Origin: a bacterium
Lineage (GTDB): Bacteria > Electryoneota > Electryoneia > Electryoneales > Electryoneaceae
Length of the DNA stretch: 64,000 nt
Reading direction: 5' to 3'
NCBI GenBank assembly: GCA_020444265.1
Contig: JAHLLH010000014.1
Span: 8,339 to 72,338, forward strand
Part shown: positions 27,445 through 36,862 of the stretch, piece by piece
Layout: each line of letters opens with the position of its first letter
How positions within the stretch are numbered: position 1 is the stretch's first letter
Notes under the pieces: generated by a model
Told to the model about the DNA's origin: nothing
The model's database searches: none
The model's input: only the letters and a program-made list of their open reading frames with translations
Position numbers and translations under genes: made by a program

Positions 27445-30327
27445 TTACCGTTCTTTCGGGCTGTTTATTCGCGGGTGTTTCAGCAGACGATCATCCTCGG
27501 CACGTCCATCCGGGTGGCAGTCATAGCAGGCGCTGCTCTCGTAGATATACCCACCCACATCATCATGCTCGTCATCCATGTCATTCTGGTTGTGCTCGTG
27601 GCAGGAGATGCAGGTGAAGACCAGGTAGTTGTCCGGGTTCGGATGGCACTCGGAACAGCTGTCCCACTCGTTGCGATGTTCCCCGGAATAGATCGGGAAC
27701 CACTGCGCATCGTGGTTGAAATTTGCATCATCCCAGGTCACCGTATTATGGCAACTTTCGCAGGTCTGCGGGAACCCGGCAGACTGATGGTTCGGATCGT
27801 CGGCACCATTGTAGTCATCTTCATGACAGAAGAAGCAGTCTGAAGGCGTATTGGTGTAACCTTGGGAATGACAAAGGTTGCAGTCGAGACCATTGTGCGA
27901 TCCGGTCAACGGCCAGCCCGTGTCGCTATGATCAAACAGTGGCGCACTCCAATCAGCCGTGGTATGGCATTCGGTGCAAACCTGCCCGAAGCCGGCATCG
28001 CTATGGTTCGGGTCGGAAACCCCGTTGTAATCCTCCTCATGGCACGACCAGCAATCAGAGGGGGTGCCGGAAAAACCATCAGCATGGCAAAGATTGCAGT
28101 CAATGGAGGTGTGCGCCCCGGTCAATGGCCAGCCGGTATCACCGTGATCAAACAACGGTGCGTTCCAGTCAGCGGTGGTGTGGCACTCGGTACAATCTTG
28201 TCCGAAGCCGGCATCGCTGTGGTTCGGGTCGGCCACCCCGCTGTAGTCCTCTTCATGGCATGACCAGCAATCTGATGGAGTACCACTGAACATGGTTGCA
28301 TGACAGAGGTTGCAATCGAGTGACGTGTGCGCTCCGGTCAACGGCCATTCAGTGTAGCTGGCATGGTCGAAGTCGTCCGCATCCCAATCCTCTGTCGTGT
28401 GGCACTCGGTGCAGTCGTGTGGGTAGTTCAGCGCCACATGATCCGGATCGTCCGTGCCCTCATAATCCGCCTGGTGGCAGGACCAGCAGTCAGTCGGTGT
28501 GCCGACATAACCATCCGAATGACACAAACTGCAATCGAGAGTACGGTGGGCACCGGTCAACGGGAAATCGGTCTGATCATGGTCGAAGGTGGACTCATCC
28601 CAATCGCTCGTATTGTGGCAGATCGAGCAGTCGGTCGGGAACCCTTCTGCGACATGGTTCGGGTCGTCCGTGCCCTCGTAATCCGCCTGGTGGCAGGCGT
28701 AGCAGTCTGTCGGTGTGCCGGCATAGACACCACCGATGTGACAGAGTGCGCAATCGACATTACGGTGTTCGCCCGTCAAGGGGAAGTTGGTCTGGTCGTG
28801 ATCGAAATCCGCCCCTTCCCAAGTGATCGTCGTGTGACAGAGTGTGCAGTCCATCGGGTAGTTCTGCACCTCGTGGTCCGGATCCTCCGTTCCACGATAA
28901 TCTTCCTCATGGCACGACCAGCAATCATCCGGCGTGTCGGCATAGACCCCTTCAACATGACAGAGGTTGCAGTCGACATTGATGTGCTCACCGGTCAACG
29001 AATAATTGGTCTGGGCATCATGGTTGAAATTCGAGGGGGTCCACTCCGCCGTGGTGTGGCAGAGCGTGCAGTCGAGATCGAAGCTGTCCGGGTTGTGAAT
29101 CGGATCCTCGACCTCGGTGTAATCCGCCTCATGGCAGGAATAGCAATCATATGCGGTACCGTTGAACCCCTCCGCATGACAATCCGCGCACCCCAGTTCC
29201 AGATGGGCACCGTCGATGGTAAAATTGGTTTCGCTATGGTCGAAATCGGCGGGGGTATACGCCATTGTTGTATGGCACATTGTGCAGTCGAAATCGAACG
29301 CACCGTCCACATGGTTCGGGTCGTCCACACTCTCGTAGTCTTCACGGTGACAGCCAACACACTGGTCCGGGGTGCCGGTGTACTGGGCTTCGTGGCAGAG
29401 AGCACAATCGAGCGTCGTATGGGCACCGTCCAAGGGGAAACTGGTCAGGTCATGGTTGACGAAATCCGCCGGGGTCCAGGCGATGGTCGTGTGGCAGAGC
29501 TGGCACATCGTATTGAAGGCCGGACCGCTATGGTCCGGGTCAACTGTTCCTGCGAAGTCAGTATGATGGCAGGCATCGCACTCGTTGGAAACTTCGGTGT
29601 ACGCCTGACCAGCCACATGGCAGAGGGCGCAATCGCGGACAGCATGCCCGCCGGTCAACGGAAAGCTTTGGGTGTGGACAAACTGCACATCCGGGCCACC
29701 CCAATCGCCTCCGCCATCACCGCCAGCCTGGGTGACCCCATGACACTCGCTGCAATCGGTCGGAAAACCAGCCGCTGAATGGTCGGGATCGGTAGTGGAC
29801 TGGTAGGTATCGAGGTGGCAGGTGATGCACTCGGTGGAGAGGTCGCGGTACTCGCCGGACGCATGGCACGCCTGGCAATCGAGACCGGCATGGACCCCGA
29901 CCAGTGGGAACCGTGTCTCCTGGTGCATCTGACGGAACATCGGTTCATCCTGCCAATTCTGCGGCGAATGGCACTGATCGCAGGAGTTCCCGAACTGCCC
30001 CTCGTGGATGTCCGTATGGCAGGAAAAGCAGTCGGTGTCAGCATCACGGAAGACAAGACTCGTGTGGCAGGAGGAGCAGGCTACTTGCCCGTGCTGTCCT
30101 TCGAGCGGGTAACGGGTGTCGGCATCGTGGTTGAACAGGAGGACCGGTAGCAGACGATCCCATCCTTCGGTGCCATGGCAGTCATTGCAAGCCAAATCGA
30201 TCGGACCGTGCGGATTGTCCCCGTTCTGGGTAAACCCGGCAAGGGCCGATGAACCGATTGTCAGCAGGATCAGGCCCGCTAGCAGGACCACGGAGAATGT
30301 TCGCTGCAAAGTCACGTGTCTCATCAT
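27445..30327 (-). CDS. Giant exported multiheme cytochrome c, 37 CxxCH
   Basis: Start reassigned to MMRH at 30327 (AAGGGGAAG RBS); signal peptide (ALA); hand count of 37 CxxCH in about 72-aa tri-heme repeats. Confidence 0.95.
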   Translation of the reverse strand: MMRHVTLQRTFSVVLLAGLILLTIGSSALAGFTQNGDNPHGPIDLACNDCHGTEGWDRLLPVLLFNHDADTRYPLEGQHGQVACSSCHTSLVFRDADTDCFSCHTDIHEGQFGNSCDQCHSPQNWQDEPMFRQMHQETRFPLVGVHAGLDCQACHASGEYRDLSTECITCHLDTYQSTTDPDHSAAGFPTDCSECHGVTQAGGDGGGDWGGPDVQFVHTQSFPLTGGHAVRDCALCHVAGQAYTEVSNECDACHHTDFAGTVDPDHSGPAFNTMCQLCHTTIAWTPADFVNHDLTSFPLDGAHTTLDCALCHEAQYTGTPDQCVGCHREDYESVDDPNHVDGAFDFDCTMCHTTMAYTPADFDHSETNFTIDGAHLELGCADCHAEGFNGTAYDCYSCHEADYTEVEDPIHNPDSFDLDCTLCHTTAEWTPSNFNHDAQTNYSLTGEHINVDCNLCHVEGVYADTPDDCWSCHEEDYRGTEDPDHEVQNYPMDCTLCHTTITWEGADFDHDQTNFPLTGEHRNVDCALCHIGGVYAGTPTDCYACHQADYEGTDDPNHVAEGFPTDCSICHNTSDWDESTFDHDQTDFPLTGAHRTLDCSLCHSDGYVGTPTDCWSCHQADYEGTDDPDHVALNYPHDCTECHTTEDWDADDFDHASYTEWPLTGAHTSLDCNLCHATMFSGTPSDCWSCHEEDYSGVADPNHSDAGFGQDCTECHTTADWNAPLFDHGDTGWPLTGAHTSIDCNLCHADGFSGTPSDCWSCHEEDYNGVSDPNHSDAGFGQVCTECHTTADWSAPLFDHSDTGWPLTGSHNGLDCNLCHSQGYTNTPSDCFFCHEDDYNGADDPNHQSAGFPQTCESCHNTVTWDDANFNHDAQWFPIYSGEHRNEWDSCSECHPNPDNYLVFTCISCHEHNQNDMDDEHDDVGGYIYESSACYDCHPDGRAEDDRLLKHPRINSPKER

Positions 30328-30355
30328 CTTCCCCTTTCCACACTGGGTAAACCAT

Positions 30356-32092
30356 TTACCCGCGTGTCCCCTCCATCTGCGGAACCGTGCTGCCATGGCA
30401 ATCGGAACACTCCATGCCGAGCGGCTTGTAGATCACCATCTCGCTGCCATCGCTTCGCATCACCGGCTTATGGCACTGGTTGCACTCCACCTTGATGTGA
30501 GCACCATCGAGTTGGAATCGGCTATCCCGGTTGTGCACAAATTCCAGCTCCTTCCAGCCCGCAGGCTGGTGGCAACGATCACAGGTGGTCTCGGTTTCGC
30601 CTTGGTCCATTCGTACAAACTGATCGCCGTGGATGTTGTCATGACAGCCGGCGCAGGTCATCTCAAGCGGTTTCATCCAGACAACCTGTTCCCCTTCCTG
30701 CTCAATGGTGTGGCATTCGAGGCAGAGGATTTCGCGGTGCTGTCCTTCGAGCGGGAATCGTGCCAGACTGTGGTCAAAGCTGGTACGATGCCAGGTATCT
30801 GTCGAGTGGCAGTACTCGCAGCCGTTCTTATCGACCCAGATGTTGAGCTGGCCCTGGTGGATGTCCTCATGGCATGCCTGGCAGGTCGTCATCTCCCAGG
30901 CAAACTGGGCATAGCTGCCATCGTCATCCTCCATCACCTGCGCATGGCAGAGGTTGCAGGGAACGGCAAAATGGCTGCCGGTCAGGGGATAGTCCGATTG
31001 CTGGTGCTGCTCAAAGCCATAATCGGCCGGGATGAAGCCCTCTACTGTGTGGCAGCTTTCGCACGCACCACCATCACTGCGCCCAGCGAACTGCCCGCGA
31101 TGTTCATCGTCGTGGCAATCGGTGCACCCGGCGAACTTGAGCGGATCGGTCATCACACCCGTTGTGTGGCACTCCTTGCAGTCAACATCGATATGTTTTC
31201 CACGCAGGGGATAAGTCGTCTTGTCGTGATCAAACTGCTCGTCCTTGACTTGTTGGAAGCTCGCGGTCGTGTGACATTTGGTACAGTTGGCCCCGAAACG
31301 GCCCTCGTGCTTGTCCTCATGACAGTTGACGCAGCTTGAGTACTCGAGGCCCTGGTAGTGCGAATATTGGCCGACATGCTCGGCTTTCTGGAGCAGGTTC
31401 GAATTGACCGCTGGAGCTTCCTGCCAGGGGTGGCATTTTTCGCAGGAGACATCGGTGTGCTTGCCGTCCAAACGGTACTTCGCATCGTCGTGGTTAAACC
31501 CGGATGCCGGGGTCCAGCCCTCCATCGTGTGGCAGGTAAGGCAATCATCGGTGAGTTGATTACGGTGTTCATCGACATGGCAGGTGACACACGCTTTGTC
31601 CAGGCCGAGGTGGGTACGATCCTTGTCGATGCTGTCATCGTTCCCGAAACGATCCGCCTGCTGGAACCGTGCCACATGACAATCGGCACAATCTTCTTCC
31701 GCATGCTTGCCTTCGAGGGGATACCCGGTCAGGGTGTGGTCAAAGTTGTCCTGTCCCTCTGTCCAGAAAATGAGCTCGTAATCCCGTCCGTGATGTTCCG
31801 AGTGGCACGATGCGCAGGTTTTATCCGTGACCTCAGCGGAAGCATGGTAGCCGCTGCCCTCATCCATCCGGGTTTGGATGGCAGTATGGCAGACAAGACA
31901 CTTCTCGTTGGTCACCGCCTCACCCAGCTGGTGGCAGTTGGTGCAGTTGCGGATCCCTTCCAGCTCTTCATGATAGCCGGACAGCTTACCGGGAGAAATC
32001 TGGGCCAGTGATGGCACCGCCCAAAGCAGCATTAATGCCACAATGGACATGCTTCGTGTCCAGCACCCAGTACCCTGCCGCATGTTCTTCAT
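30356..32092 (-). CDS. Exported multiheme cytochrome c, 20 CxxCH
   Basis: Signal peptide (SLA-QISPGKLS..H); hand count of 20 CxxCH; YPL.GKH repeats. Confidence 0.95.
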   Translation of the reverse strand: MKNMRQGTGCWTRSMSIVALMLLWAVPSLAQISPGKLSGYHEELEGIRNCTNCHQLGEAVTNEKCLVCHTAIQTRMDEGSGYHASAEVTDKTCASCHSEHHGRDYELIFWTEGQDNFDHTLTGYPLEGKHAEEDCADCHVARFQQADRFGNDDSIDKDRTHLGLDKACVTCHVDEHRNQLTDDCLTCHTMEGWTPASGFNHDDAKYRLDGKHTDVSCEKCHPWQEAPAVNSNLLQKAEHVGQYSHYQGLEYSSCVNCHEDKHEGRFGANCTKCHTTASFQQVKDEQFDHDKTTYPLRGKHIDVDCKECHTTGVMTDPLKFAGCTDCHDDEHRGQFAGRSDGGACESCHTVEGFIPADYGFEQHQQSDYPLTGSHFAVPCNLCHAQVMEDDDGSYAQFAWEMTTCQACHEDIHQGQLNIWVDKNGCEYCHSTDTWHRTSFDHSLARFPLEGQHREILCLECHTIEQEGEQVVWMKPLEMTCAGCHDNIHGDQFVRMDQGETETTCDRCHQPAGWKELEFVHNRDSRFQLDGAHIKVECNQCHKPVMRSDGSEMVIYKPLGMECSDCHGSTVPQMEGTRG

Positions 32093-32122
32093 GGTCCTTC
32101 TACCCCCTGCTGCCCAGTTCGG

Positions 32123-33436
32123 TCAAGATTCCCCGAATTTCCGTGTGAACTGCACGCCAACTCGCTCCAGAAACGCCGTCGGCAACTCCCCACCCGCGAA
32201 GATGAAAACCTGGTCATTGGGCAGTGTCACTGTCTCGCCAGCCTTGTCGAGGATGACTGCATCATCGAGGATTTCTTTCACCTCGGACAGCAAAATGAGT
32301 TCGATCTTGCCAGACTCTACCGCCTTGTCGAGACGATCTTTGTTGCCTTCTTTGATACGGAAAATGCGGTCACGGCGGTAGGAAAGATGGACCGTGTTGC
32401 CCTCTACATCGCTCAGGGCTACCGCCGCTTCCACTGCGCTGTCACCTCCACCGACCACGAGAATGTTTAGGTCGTGGTACTTCTCCGGATTCAGCATCCG
32501 GTAAGCGACCTTTGAAGCTTTTTCCCCCGGGCAGCCCAGTTTACGCGGGCTGCCGCGACGTCCAATCGCGAGCAGCACACGTTTTGCCTCGAACGTCTCG
32601 CCTTGCGCTGTGGTCACTGTGAAATGACCATTCGTTTTCTCGACCGTTTCCACCTTCTGTCCGGCATGCACCTTTAAATCGGCCACGCTGAAGATTTCGC
32701 TGAAGAGCTCCAGCAGTTTTTCTTTTTGCACTTCACGCAGTTTCAGTTTGCCGTAGATCGGCAAATCAACAGGTCGTGTCATCACCAGCTTACGTCGCGG
32801 ATAGGTGAGGACTGTTCCGCCCAGATCTTCCTGATCGACAATCGCAAAGTTTATCTTCTCGGTCCGTGCCGCCAACGCCGCACCCAACCCCGCTGGTCCT
32901 GCACCGACAATCACCAGGTCGAGCACTTTCTCCGCTCGTTTCTTCTCGTCTAGGCTCTTCGCGATGAACTGCGCCGCCTGGATGCCCTGGGTCATCGCAT
33001 TGCGAATCAACCCCATTCCACCCAGTTCACCAGCAATGTAGACTCCAGCCACATTCGTTTCGAATGTGCCCTTCAAGTGAGGGATGTCCACCCCTCGTTT
33101 TTCCGTGCCAAAGACGAGGGAAATTGCCTCTACCGGACAGGCGGCATGGCACATCCCATGGCCGATGCAGCGTGATGGATTGATCAAAGCACCGCGGTTG
33201 TTGATCAGGCCGAGCACATCCTGTTCAGGACAGGCACGGACACAAGCGCCGGAACCAATGCAGGTGTTGGGGTCAATCACGGGATGGAGGGAGACCGGTT
33301 CATCGAGGCCGAGTTCGATGGCCTTCTTCAGGGTGGTGGCCGCTTTCTCACTTTTGCGACGTTCCCGCAGCCAGTAGAGTGCGGGCACAAGAATGGTCAG
33401 CAAACCGACAACGACATAGATTAACACCTCGAGCAC
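32123..33436 (-). CDS. Membrane-anchored FAD/NAD(P)H oxidoreductase with ferredoxin domain (TrxR-like)
   Basis: N-terminal TM; CIGSGACVRACP and CIGHGMCHAACP; ETNVAGVYIAGE; VGAGPAG; VGGGDSAVE; SYRR. Confidence 0.92.
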   Translation of the reverse strand: MLEVLIYVVVGLLTILVPALYWLRERRKSEKAATTLKKAIELGLDEPVSLHPVIDPNTCIGSGACVRACPEQDVLGLINNRGALINPSRCIGHGMCHAACPVEAISLVFGTEKRGVDIPHLKGTFETNVAGVYIAGELGGMGLIRNAMTQGIQAAQFIAKSLDEKKRAEKVLDLVIVGAGPAGLGAALAARTEKINFAIVDQEDLGGTVLTYPRRKLVMTRPVDLPIYGKLKLREVQKEKLLELFSEIFSVADLKVHAGQKVETVEKTNGHFTVTTAQGETFEAKRVLLAIGRRGSPRKLGCPGEKASKVAYRMLNPEKYHDLNILVVGGGDSAVEAAVALSDVEGNTVHLSYRRDRIFRIKEGNKDRLDKAVESGKIELILLSEVKEILDDAVILDKAGETVTLPNDQVFIFAGGELPTAFLERVGVQFTRKFGES

Positions 33437-33674
33437 GGCCGCCTCAGAGTTAGGGAATCAGAACACTGAAACCTAAATAAATCTCAGGTATTCAGCACGG
33501 CTGCGATCCCCCCGACTGCCATTTCCAGCCCGCCGTATATATTCCTGCTAATTCTCTATAAAATATGGAATAGCAAATAGATGTGCTGCTGACAACACAG
33601 TGTTTTACTCTCCTAACAACAAAAATAAACGGGGGCTAAACTCCCTGTCACCTCCTTCTCTTCTTTGTCTAAAT

Positions 33675-33702
33675 CAACGGCTGCGCAGAAGCGCAGCCGT
33701 TG
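33675..33702. terminator. 12-bp hairpin downstream of RND gene 2
   Basis: caacggctgcgc-agaa-gcgcagccgttg. Confidence 0.5.
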
Positions 33703-33745
33703 GTCATACTTTAACGGTGTAATTTAGGAGTTGTAAGATTGCCGC

Positions 33746-36700
33746 TCATCTTGGATCAACCTTCATCCTTGATTCGAGTCGTCCCTCGAACCACTTGTAG
33801 AAGGCTGGTAGCACGAGCAGGGTCAGCAAGGTCGAGGTAACGAGGCCACCGACAACGACGGTCGCCAGGGGACGCTGCACCTCGCTACCGGTACCAGTCG
33901 CGAAGAGCAACGGGGTCAGGCCGAGGGCAGTGGTGACAGCGGTCATCAGCACGGCACGCATTCTAAGCATGGCGGCCTTGACCGACGCCTCGTCCAGCGC
34001 AATACCTTCCTTTCGTAACCCGTTCAGGGTGCTCAGCAGGACCATGCCGTTCTCGAGCGCTATCCCGAACAGGGCGATAAACCCTACCGATGAAGGCACC
34101 GACAGGTTCTGCCCGCTGATCCACAGCGCAAGAATGCCACCCACAAGTGCAAGGGGAATATTGAGCAAAATCAGCAGGGTGTTTTTCAGCGAATTGAAGC
34201 TTGTGTAAAGAAGCAGCGTAATGAGCAGCAGGGTAATCGGTACTACCACAGCAAGCCGTTTGTTGGCCTCCTGCTGCAAACGGAACTGCCCACCCCAAGT
34301 CACCAGGTAGCCAGCAGGCAAATCAACCTCCCTGGCGATCACCTGCTCTGCTTCAGCGACGAACGACCCGATGTCACGTTCTTCGACATTACACTGGATC
34401 GAGATGAAGCGTTGGTTGTCCTCACGTGTAATCTGTCGTGGGCCAGTAATGGTCTGGACATCCGCAAGCTGATCCAACGGCACCAGCAATCCGTCCGGAG
34501 TTGGTACAAGGATCGAACGAATCGCCTCTGGTGTACTACGTGCCTCCTCACGGTAGCGAACGACGATGTCGAAGCGACGAATCCCTTCGAAAATCTGACC
34601 CGCTTCCTCGCCGCCAACCGCCGCCGCAACCACTTCCTGGACATCTGCGATTGGAACACCGTAGCGAGCAATCGCTTCACGGTCAATTTGTACAAGTAAC
34701 TGAGGGGTGCCGCTAATCTGATCGACCTGGACATCACGAGCGCCGGGTACGGTTTGCAGCGCAAGGGCAATCTCATCAGCAGATGCTTTCAGCTGATCAA
34801 GATCATCGCCAAATAGTTTCACGGCCAGTTCTGCCTTCACCCCTTCCAGCAACTCATCGATGGTGGCCGCAATGGGCTGTGTGAAGCTGACGCGAGTCCC
34901 TGGGACATTACCAAGATCACCACGGATCAGGTCGACCAACTCCGGCTGGCTGCTTACACGCCACGTCGATTCATCGCTCAGCAACACGTACATTTCGACA
35001 CTGTTAACCGGATCGGTATGAGCGCCAACTTCCCCTCGTCCAATCCGGCTGACCACCTCTTCGACTTCGGGAATATCCATCAGGCGACGTTCCACAATCA
35101 TCGCCATCCGTTTGCTCTCCTCCAGCGCGATGGAGGGCGCCAGGGTGAGCCGGATCAGGAGGGTGCCCTCCTGAAGCTGAGGAGTAAACTCACTGCCGAG
35201 CTGGGTTACCCCAACACCACCCGTCAGCAACAGCACCACCACCAGCAGTACGGCCAGGCTTCGTCGTGAGATGAACTTTCGCAGCAGTGGTTCATAGAGT
35301 CGATTGAGCCCATTGATCATCTTCGACGAAACGGATCTGTCCCTTGAGCGATATCGTCTCCTCATCAACAAACTCGCCAGCACTGGCACCGCAACAATTG
35401 CATAGACTAACGATCCCGCCATCGCATAACCGATAGTCCAGGCCAGTGGACGGAACGTCTTCCCTTCCACGCCCTGCAAAGTCATGATCGGCGAGAAGAC
35501 AACGAGAATAATCAGGATCGAAAAGGTGACGGGACGCAGCACTTCGCCTGCGGCATCGAGGACAATTTGCCTGCGGTCCCCCATTCCCGAACTCTGCTGC
35601 AAACGTCGGTCAATGTTCTCGACCAGCACGACGGCACCATCGACCATCATCCCGATAGCAATCGCCAGTCCACCGAGCGACATCAGGTTGGCGGAAATAC
35701 CGGTTTGACGCATCAGCAGGAAAGCAAACAGCACGGAGAAAGGGATCGAGAGTGCAACGACAAGGCTGGGACGCCATCCGCCCATGAAGAGCAGGATGAC
35801 TAGAATGACAAGGACAACGCCTTGGCCCAGGGCGGAAAGAACGGTTGATACCGCAGCATCGACCAGACTTTTCTGGTCGTAATAGGGAACGATCCGGACC
35901 CCTTCTGGTAGAATCGTGTTGACCTCGTCCAGCTTCTTCTCAACTCGTTCAATCACAGACGAGGTGTTGCTTCCAAATAGTTTGATCACCTGCCCTGCAA
36001 CCACCTCTTCCACACCATTGTGGGTCTGGAGGCCACGACGTATCGCGCCACCTTCACGCACGTTGGCGATGTCATGAAGGTGGATCGGCACACCATCCAC
36101 CGACTTGACCACAACTCGATTCAGGTCATCAATACTTTTGGCCAAGCCAACTGAGCGGACGATATACTCTTCCGCGTTCTCCTCGACAAACTGCGCGCCG
36201 GTGTTGAGGTTGTTGGCTTTCAACGCCTCCACCACCTCGTGCAGACGGATGCCATACCTCAGCAGGGATGCGGGATCCACCACCACCTGGAATTGCTTCT
36301 CCCAGCCACCGATTCCAAGTACTTCGGTAACACCTGGTACGGTCTGGAGGTGGTACTTGATCAACCAATCCTGGATGCTGCGCAGCTCGGTCAGGGAACG
36401 TGTTCCGGTGGTATCCTCGAGGTAGTAGAAGAGGACGAGGCCCATTCCGGTCGAGATCGGTCCCATCTCCGGGTCACCAAAGCCTTCCGGGATCTGGTCA
36501 CGCGCCTCCTGCAAGCGTTCGTTGACCAATTGCCGTGCGAAGTAGATGTCCACGTCATCCTCGAAGTAGACATTCACCACCGACAGCCCGAAGTTGGAAA
36601 CCGAACGTACTTTTGTCAGGCCCGGCAAGCCGTTCATCACCGTTTCAACTGGATAGGTGATGTAGGTTTCCACCTCTTCCGGCGCCAATCCCTCGGTGAC

Positions 36701-36853
36701 GGTAAATACTTGCACCAGGTTGGGCGAGACATCCGGGAAGGCATCAACAGGCAGATCTCGGTAGGCTATCCAGCCCGCTCCCATGGTCAGCAGAAACAGC
36801 ACCACCACAAGCAGACGACCGGAGAGAGCGGATCGTACAATTCGATTCAGCAT
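33746..36853 (-). CDS. CzcA/CusA-family heavy-metal efflux RND transporter (2)
   Basis: LPVDAFPDV, LAPEEVE..TYPVE, SANLMSLGGLAIAIGMMVDGAVVLVEN, GFIALFGIALENG, GSEVQRPLATVVVGGL. Confidence 0.96.
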   Translation of the reverse strand: MLNRIVRSALSGRLLVVVLFLLTMGAGWIAYRDLPVDAFPDVSPNLVQVFTVTEGLAPEEVETYITYPVETVMNGLPGLTKVRSVSNFGLSVVNVYFEDDVDIYFARQLVNERLQEARDQIPEGFGDPEMGPISTGMGLVLFYYLEDTTGTRSLTELRSIQDWLIKYHLQTVPGVTEVLGIGGWEKQFQVVVDPASLLRYGIRLHEVVEALKANNLNTGAQFVEENAEEYIVRSVGLAKSIDDLNRVVVKSVDGVPIHLHDIANVREGGAIRRGLQTHNGVEEVVAGQVIKLFGSNTSSVIERVEKKLDEVNTILPEGVRIVPYYDQKSLVDAAVSTVLSALGQGVVLVILVILLFMGGWRPSLVVALSIPFSVLFAFLLMRQTGISANLMSLGGLAIAIGMMVDGAVVLVENIDRRLQQSSGMGDRRQIVLDAAGEVLRPVTFSILIILVVFSPIMTLQGVEGKTFRPLAWTIGYAMAGSLVYAIVAVPVLASLLMRRRYRSRDRSVSSKMINGLNRLYEPLLRKFISRRSLAVLLVVVLLLTGGVGVTQLGSEFTPQLQEGTLLIRLTLAPSIALEESKRMAMIVERRLMDIPEVEEVVSRIGRGEVGAHTDPVNSVEMYVLLSDESTWRVSSQPELVDLIRGDLGNVPGTRVSFTQPIAATIDELLEGVKAELAVKLFGDDLDQLKASADEIALALQTVPGARDVQVDQISGTPQLLVQIDREAIARYGVPIADVQEVVAAAVGGEEAGQIFEGIRRFDIVVRYREEARSTPEAIRSILVPTPDGLLVPLDQLADVQTITGPRQITREDNQRFISIQCNVEERDIGSFVAEAEQVIAREVDLPAGYLVTWGGQFRLQQEANKRLAVVVPITLLLITLLLYTSFNSLKNTLLILLNIPLALVGGILALWISGQNLSVPSSVGFIALFGIALENGMVLLSTLNGLRKEGIALDEASVKAAMLRMRAVLMTAVTTALGLTPLLFATGTGSEVQRPLATVVVGGLVTSTLLTLLVLPAFYKWFEGRLESRMKVDPR

Positions 36854-36862
36854 ACTCCCTCC

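Noticed and set aside
26013..32011. Long alternative-frame and plus-strand ORFs over the cytochrome genes (e.g. 28327-29778, 30116-31339, 31358-32011)
   Set aside because: Shadow ORFs: their repetitive MA/VA-rich text is the reverse complement of CxxCH repeats, and they have no independent motifs.
33571..33591. Sigma54-like site upstream of the cytochrome cluster (CAGCAC-ATCTAT-TTGCT)
   Set aside because: It lacks the invariant GG and the spacing is off by one base.
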